Program-made: the position numbers and the translations under genes
Part shown: one piece after another, positions 57,968-64,000 of the stretch
Position numbering within the stretch: the first letter of the stretch is position 1
Layout of the letters: each line of letters starts with the position of its first letter
DNA from: Hemiscyllium ocellatum
Taxonomy: Eukaryota
Assembly: GCF_020745735.1 (NCBI RefSeq)
Contig: NW_026867525.1
Location: 1-64,000, forward strand
DNA: 64,000 bases
Reading direction: 5' to 3'
The notes under the pieces: generated by a model
Told to the model about the DNA's origin: nothing
Seen by the model: the letters and a program-made list of their open reading frames with translations, nothing else
Database searches by the model: none

Positions 57968-58760
57968 GGCATAGGAGAAGGAGCAGGCTGTGAGTTGCAT
58001 TGAGTCTGCTCTGCCCCTCAGTGAGATCATAGCTGATCTGATAATCGTTACTCCATTTTTCTGTCTTATCTTCATAACCCGTGATTCTCTTACTAATTAA
58101 AAATCTGTCTATCACAGCTTTGAATATACTAATGACCCAGCCTCAATTGCCTTCTCTGGTAAAGGATACCACAGGTTCACTAACCTCTGACAGAAGAAAT
58201 TCCTTTGACTCTACTCTAACCAGGTGACTGCTTTCTATGAGATGGTGCTGCTAGTTCCACAAAGGAAAACCATGTCTCCACATCTACCCTCTCAAACTCT
58301 TTAAGAATCTTAAAAGCAGAAAGAGAAATAGAGTTAAATGTTTTAGTTCAAATGGCTTCTTCACAGCTGAACTGTTTCTCTCTTCATAGATGCTGCCAGA
58401 CCTGGTGAGTTTCTCCAGCATTGTTCATATTTCAAATTTCCAGCATTTGCTGTATATTGTTTTTATTTCCCTTTGGGGAGTATGTGTCTTCTTTGTTTAA
58501 TAAGGTCTGCTTTTAATCTTCTAAACTCAAATGAGTATAACACCAACCTACTGAACCTCTCCTCATAAGGCCGTCCCTCCATACCCAGTCTCTGCTGAGT
58601 GAATCTTCTTTGTATTGATTCCAATCCCAGTACATATTTTCTTCGATAAGGTACTAAAACTGTTCACAGTAAAATTGTTCAGCTGAGGTCTAACTAGTGC
58701 TTGTATAGTTTTAGCAAGGCATTTCTATTTTTATATTCCATTCCTTTCAAAATAAAGGTT
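57968..58760 (-). mobile_element. Old CR1 3' fragment with a nested Penelope-derived relic
   Basis: CR1-type 3' UTR and RT C-terminal remnants on -. Confidence 0.6.
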
Positions 58761-59397
58761 TTCTGGTAAAGTACATAACTTCTCATTTTCCCTCATTTGT
58801 GTTCCAATTATTTTAGTCTTGGGAGCCTTTATCAAAATACTTCATTATTAAGACTGATTGTTTTGTACAGGAGGCTAATAACATGAGATGTAACCTCTAC
58901 AGTACAAGATATTTCACATTTGAACCTCTTGAAAGGTTTAGACAAATATATTTTTGGATGCCTTGGTTTGGTGAAGACCTGTGTAAACATGTTGTTTTGC
59001 AGTTTCCCCTCTCTGAATGTGGTGGTGCAGTGGGACATGGTTATGTAAAAAAGTGTCACCATAGAGGGCACCTAGAGATTTATGCTGGAAAAAATCTGCG
59101 TGGTAGTGTAAGGTTTTTAATATGTGCATGTTTTGAGCAATTGAGGTTTCACCATCAGAAGGGGAGCCCCACATTCTCATTTTCTGAACTAAGTTTGAAC
59201 AGCACTGTGGAGCATATGAAAAGGATCGTGGTCCACCAGGTTTCAGTTAATGAATGTTGGGAGCAGTGTTGGTTGAATGAGGGTGGAGAGGGTTTATAGT
59301 GAGCTGTTTAACATGAGGTACAAAGTGAAGTAAACTAGGTTTATGTGCTCCAGCTCCAGTTTTTCTCAATTCTCTCATTCTGTGTTCACCATGAATG

Positions 59398-59640
59398 CGG
59401 TGCGGTGGTAACACTGCAACCTCACAGCACCAGGGACCTGGATTTGATTCCAGCCTTGGGTGACTCTGTGTCGAGTTTGCACATTCTCCCCATGCCTGTG
59501 TAGGTTTCCACATAGGTATTCCAGTTTCCTCTCACAGTCCGAACATGTTCTGGTTAGGTGGGTTAGTAAATGCAAGATTATGGGGATAAAGTAGGGGACT
59601 GAGCCTGGATGGGATGGTCTTCAGACGGTCAGAACAAATT
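59398..59640 (+). mobile_element. Diverged SINE
   Basis: ggtggtaacactgcaacctcacagcaccagggacc...gagtttgcacattctcccc. Confidence 0.75.
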
Positions 59641-59909
59641 GGGAGAGAACAGGCTAGGTAGACTCTTTACACACTATAGAGATTCTGTGAGTGCATAGAC
59701 ATGCTTTTGAGTCTCTCGGTGAGGCTGTATCTCATGAATCTAAATCGTTGATGTTGGTGTACCTTCCAATTGTATCTGTAGTCACTCTCCAACTGCCTGG
59801 CAGCTCTCAGACTGGTACCTGTGGTCACTCTTTCATTCCTGGTGTGACTCTCAATTGAGATCACCAGAAAAATCTCAAACTGGCACACTCATCATCACTC
59901 AGGCTCAGA

Positions 59910-60608
59910 TTGGTGCCTGACATCACTAGCACTCCCAGGATTACTGGGCAGCTTTCAGACCGGTGCCTGACATCACTAGCACTCCCAGGATTACTGGGCA
60001 GCTTCCAGACTGGTGCCCGCGGTCACATCCACTCCCAGGATTACTGGGCAGCTTTCAGACCGGTGCCTGACATCACTAGCACTCCCAGGATTACTTGGCA
60101 GCTTTCAGACTGGTGCCTGTGGTCACTCACACACTCCCAGGATTACCGGGCAGCTTTCAGACCGGTGCCCGCGGTCACTCTCACACTCCCAGGATTACCG
60201 GGCAGCTTTCAAACCGGTGCCCGCGGTCACTCTCACACTCCCAGGATTACTGGGCAGCTTTCAGACCGGTGCCCGCGGTCACTCTCACATTCCTAGGATT
60301 ACCGGGCAGCTTTCAGACCGGTGCCCGCGGTCACTCTCACACTCCCCGGATTACCGGGCAGCTTTCAGACCGGTGTCCGCTGTCACACCCACTCCCAGGA
60401 TTACTGGGCAGCTTTCAGACTGGTGTCCGTGGTCACTCACACACTCCCCGGATTACCGGGCAGCTTTCAGACTGGTGCCCGCTGTCACACCCACTCCCAG
60501 GATTACCGGGCAGCTTTCAGACTGGTGCCCGTGGTCACTCACACACTCCCCGGATTACCGGGCAGCTTTCAGACCGGTGCCCGTGGTCACTCACATGCCC
60601 CCAGGATT
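59910..60608. repeat. ~50-55 bp minisatellite (actcccaggattaccgggcagctttcagaccggtgcccgcggtcactctcac)n
   Basis: About 13 units. Confidence 0.95.
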
Positions 60609-60877
60609 TTCATGCAGTTCTCGGACTGACCTTGCAGTTACTCTTTCAATCCAGACAGCTCTCAGATTGGTAGCTGTGGTCACTCTGACTTTCGAGGAGT
60701 TTTATCACTGGACTGTTAATCCAGAGATGAAAAGTGTGGCATAGGCCCTTTGTCAGGAATGATGAAGGATTATGCCCGAAATATCAATTCTCCTGCTCCT
60801 TGAATGCTGCCTGAACTACTATGGTTTTCGATTCTGATCTCGAGCATCTGCAGTCCTCAATTTCTTCGAGTTTCTGT

Positions 60878-61166
60878 AAACCAGAGACCCAGGTAATGTT
60901 CTGGATACCTGGGTTCAAATCCTGCCAGGGGATTTAAAATTAAGAGTGTAAGGTTGACCATGAATCCATTGTCGATTGTTGGGAAAATCCCGTCTGGTTC
61001 ACTTATGTCCTTGAGGGAGGGTAACTGCCATCCTGACCTGTGTTTGGCCTACATGTGACTCCCGACCAACAGCAATGTGCTTGACTTTTAACTGCCCTCT
61101 GGGCCTTCAGGGATGGGCAATAAATGCTGACCTAGCCAGTGATGTCCACATCCGATGAATGAATTT
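60878..61166 (+). mobile_element. Second SINE family, tRNA-like B box with a LINE-derived tail
   Basis: gggttcaaatcc B box; tail gggcaataaatgctg...gaatgaat matches the reverse complement of the LINE end at 44470-44530. Confidence 0.65.
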
Positions 61167-61911
61167 AAATTTAAACTCTCATACTGGGCAGGTATTGGAC
61201 AGGTACTTGTGCTCGCAAACAGCTGTTGGGGTTAATGGAAGTCTAGAAATGGTGTTGTGCAGTGCAGCCTTTCAACATAGAGGGTGCCATTGGATTATGC
61301 TGTTGTATCACACTTCACTCAGCATTTTCTCCCCTGTTCTCCCTCCTAGTATTTAGCTTCTTCAAGTTTAAGCATCTATTTATGTACATATACAGATCCA
61401 AATGCTGACAGCTCATCACTTTGTCTCAGCAAAGTTGAGAGGTTGGGGCTTTTCTCCCTCGAGAGGAGAAGGCTCAGAGGAGATTTGATTGAAGTTTTCA
61501 AACTCTTTAAATGGGCTGTATAGAGTGGATAGCAAGAAACTGTTCCTGCTCAAATGGTTCGAGTACCAGAACATTTTAAAATGTTTTGCAGAACAAGTAA
61601 ATGCGATGTGAGAAAGGATGTTTTCACACAGCGAGTAGTTCAGATATGCAGTGCTCTGCCTGCAAATGTGGAGGCAGCTTCAACTGAGGCATTTGTGAAG
61701 GTATTGGATGATTATTTAAATAGATAATAAACACAGGAAGGTGTTCTGGTGCTCATTTGGAGAGACAATGCAGAAATGCTAGTCTTGAATGTCCTCCTCC
61801 TGCGCCATAATAATTCTGAGGTTCTTTCCAAAATGGAGTTTATTCAGAATTTAATAGATTGCTTGACTCAATTGCTCCATATCACATAGCTTATCCCCAT
61901 CGCCATCTCCT

Positions 61912-64000
61912 CGTATTAGGCAAGAACTTTCAAAAGTTGATTGGGAGCAGATGTTCACAGGTAAAGGGACAACTGGAAAATGGGAAACCTTCAGAAATGA
62001 GATAACGAGAGTCCAGAGACACTGTATTCCTGTTAGGGTGAAAGGAAGGGCTGGTAGGTGTAGGAGTAGGTTGGTATAGCTGGATGACCAGAGAAATTGA
62101 GGGTTTGGTTCAGGAAAACAAGGAAGCATATGTCAGGATAAATCGAGTGAATGCTTAGAAGAGTGTAAAGGTAGTAGGAGTATACTGAAGAGGGAAATCA
62201 GGAAGGCAAAAAGGGGGCATGAGATAGCTTTGGCAAATAGAGTTAAGGAGAATCCAAAGGGATTTTACAAATCCATTAAGGTCAAAAGGGTAAGTAGGGA
62301 GATAATAGGGCCCCTCAAAGATCAGCAAGGCGGCCTTTTGTGTGGAGCTGCAGGAGCTGGGGGAGATATTAAAAGGGTATTTTGCATCTGTGTTTACTGT
62401 GGAAAAGGACATGGAAGATACAGAATGTAGGGAAATAGATGGTGACATCTTGCAAAATGTCCATATTACAGAGGAGGAGGTGCTGAATGTCTTGAAACAC
62501 ATAAAAGTGGATAAATCCCCAGGACCTGATCAGGTGTACCCTAGAACTCTGGAAAGCAAGGGAAGTGATTGCTGGGCCCCTTGCTGAGATATTTGTATCA
62601 TCGATAGTGACAGGTGAGGTGCCAGAAGACTGGAGGTTGGCTAACATGGTGCCATTATTTAAGGAAGGTGGTAAGGATGAGCCAGGGAACTATAGACCAG
62701 TGAGCCTGATGTGGTGGGCAAGCTGTTGGAGGGAATCCTGAGGGACAGGATGTACATGTATTTGGAAAGGCAAGGACTGATGAGGGATAGTCAACATTGT
62801 TTGTGCATGGGAAATCATGTCTCACAAACTTGACTGAGTTTTTTGAAAAAGTAACAAAGAGGATTGATGAGGGGAGAGCAACATGATCTATACGGACTTC
62901 AATAAGGCATTTGAGAAGGTTCCTCGTGGGAGACTGGTTAGCAAGGTTAGATCTCAGGGAATACAGGGAGAACTAGGCATTTGGATACAGAAATGGCTCA
63001 AAGGTAGAAGATAGAGGGTGGTGGTGGAGGGTTGTTTTTCAGAATGGAGGCCTGTGACCAGTGGAGTGCTACAAGGATTGGTGCTGGGTCCACTACTTTT
63101 CATTATTATTTAAATGATTTGGATGTGAGCATATGAGGTATAGTTAGTAAGTTTGCAGATGACAACAAAATTAGAGGTGTAGTGGACAGCGAAGAAGGTT
63201 ACCTCTTGAGTACAACAGGATCATGATCAAATGGCCCAATGGGCTGATGAATGGCAGATGTAGTTTAATTTAGATAAATGTGAGGTGCTGCATTTTGGGA
63301 AAGCAAATCTTAGCAGGACTTATACACTTAATGGTAAGGTCCTCAGGAGTGTTGCTGAACAAAGAGACCTTGGAGCGCAGGTTCATAGTTCCTTGAAAGT
63401 GGAGTCTCAGTGAAGATAGGATAGTGAAGATGATGTATGGAATGCTTTCCTTTGTTGGTCAGAGTATTGAGTACAGGAGTTGGAAGCTCATGTTGCAGCT
63501 GTATAGGACATTGGTTAGGCCATTTTTGTAATATTGCATGCGATTCTGGTCTTGTTCTTATGTGAAGGATGTTGTGAAACTTGAAAAGTTTCAGAAAAGA
63601 TTTACAAGGATGTTGCCAGGGTTGGAGAGTTTGAGCTACAGGGAGAGGCTGAATAGGCTGGGGCTGTTTTCCCTGGAGCGTCGGAGGCTGAGGGGTGACC
63701 TCATAGAGGTTTTATAAAATCATGAAGGGCATGATAGGGTAAATAGACAAGGTCTCTTCCCTGGGATGGGGGAGTCCAGAACTAGAGGGATAGTGTGATA
63801 AAGTCATAGAGATGTACAGCATGGAAACAGACCCTTTGGTCCAACTTGTCCATGCTGACCAGATATCCTGACCCAATCTAGTCCCACCCTAAGTTTAAGG
63901 TGAGAGGGGAAAGATATAAAAGAGACCTAAGGGGCAACTTTTTCACTCAGAATGTGATAAGTGTGTGGAATGAGCTGCCAGAGGAAGTGGTGGAGGCTGG
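61912..64000 (+). mobile_element. CR1 LINE ORF2, ~2.1 kb, with frameshifts and stops, running off the window
   Basis: KSPGPD, PGNYRPVSL, CLTNLTEFFEKVT, DFNKAFEKVP, SGVLQGLVLGPLLF, SKFADDNK, RRRLRGDLIEV motifs. Confidence 0.95.

Overview
Eukaryotic, repeat-rich vertebrate genomic DNA with five N gaps. The SINE, CR1, Penelope and minisatellite content points to an elasmobranch (shark), which is an inference. Genes reconstructed from splice signals and reading frames: (1) the last three coding exons of an IgGFc-binding protein (FCGBP)-like gene on + (1135-3623); (2) two tandem minus-strand paralogues, each with 4 coding exons, encoding a secreted protein of signal peptide + short coiled coil + globular C1q domain with no collagen stalk (A: 13124->4400, 202 aa; B: 27949->17086, 200 aa); (3) a complete 9-exon fibrillarin gene (FBL) on + (30405-45269, 315 aa); (4) a CpG-rich, YY1-dense, apparently bidirectional promoter at ~53.1-54.05 kb. 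Its + strand non-coding first exon may belong to DYRK1B by FCGBP-FBL-DYRK1B synteny. The rest is CR1/L2/L1/Rex LINE fragments, tRNA-derived SINEs, one 5'-truncated Penelope element, several Penelope-derived palindromes carrying minimal hammerhead-ribozyme cores, and many minisatellites. Most notable observations: exon 2 of the two otherwise diverged C1q paralogues is almost identical inside a minisatellite-bounded tract; the C1q pair sits in the FCGBP-FBL interval; a divergent YY1/U-rich lncRNA candidate; and stop-inducing alternative acceptors plus a C/D-like motif in the last FBL intron.
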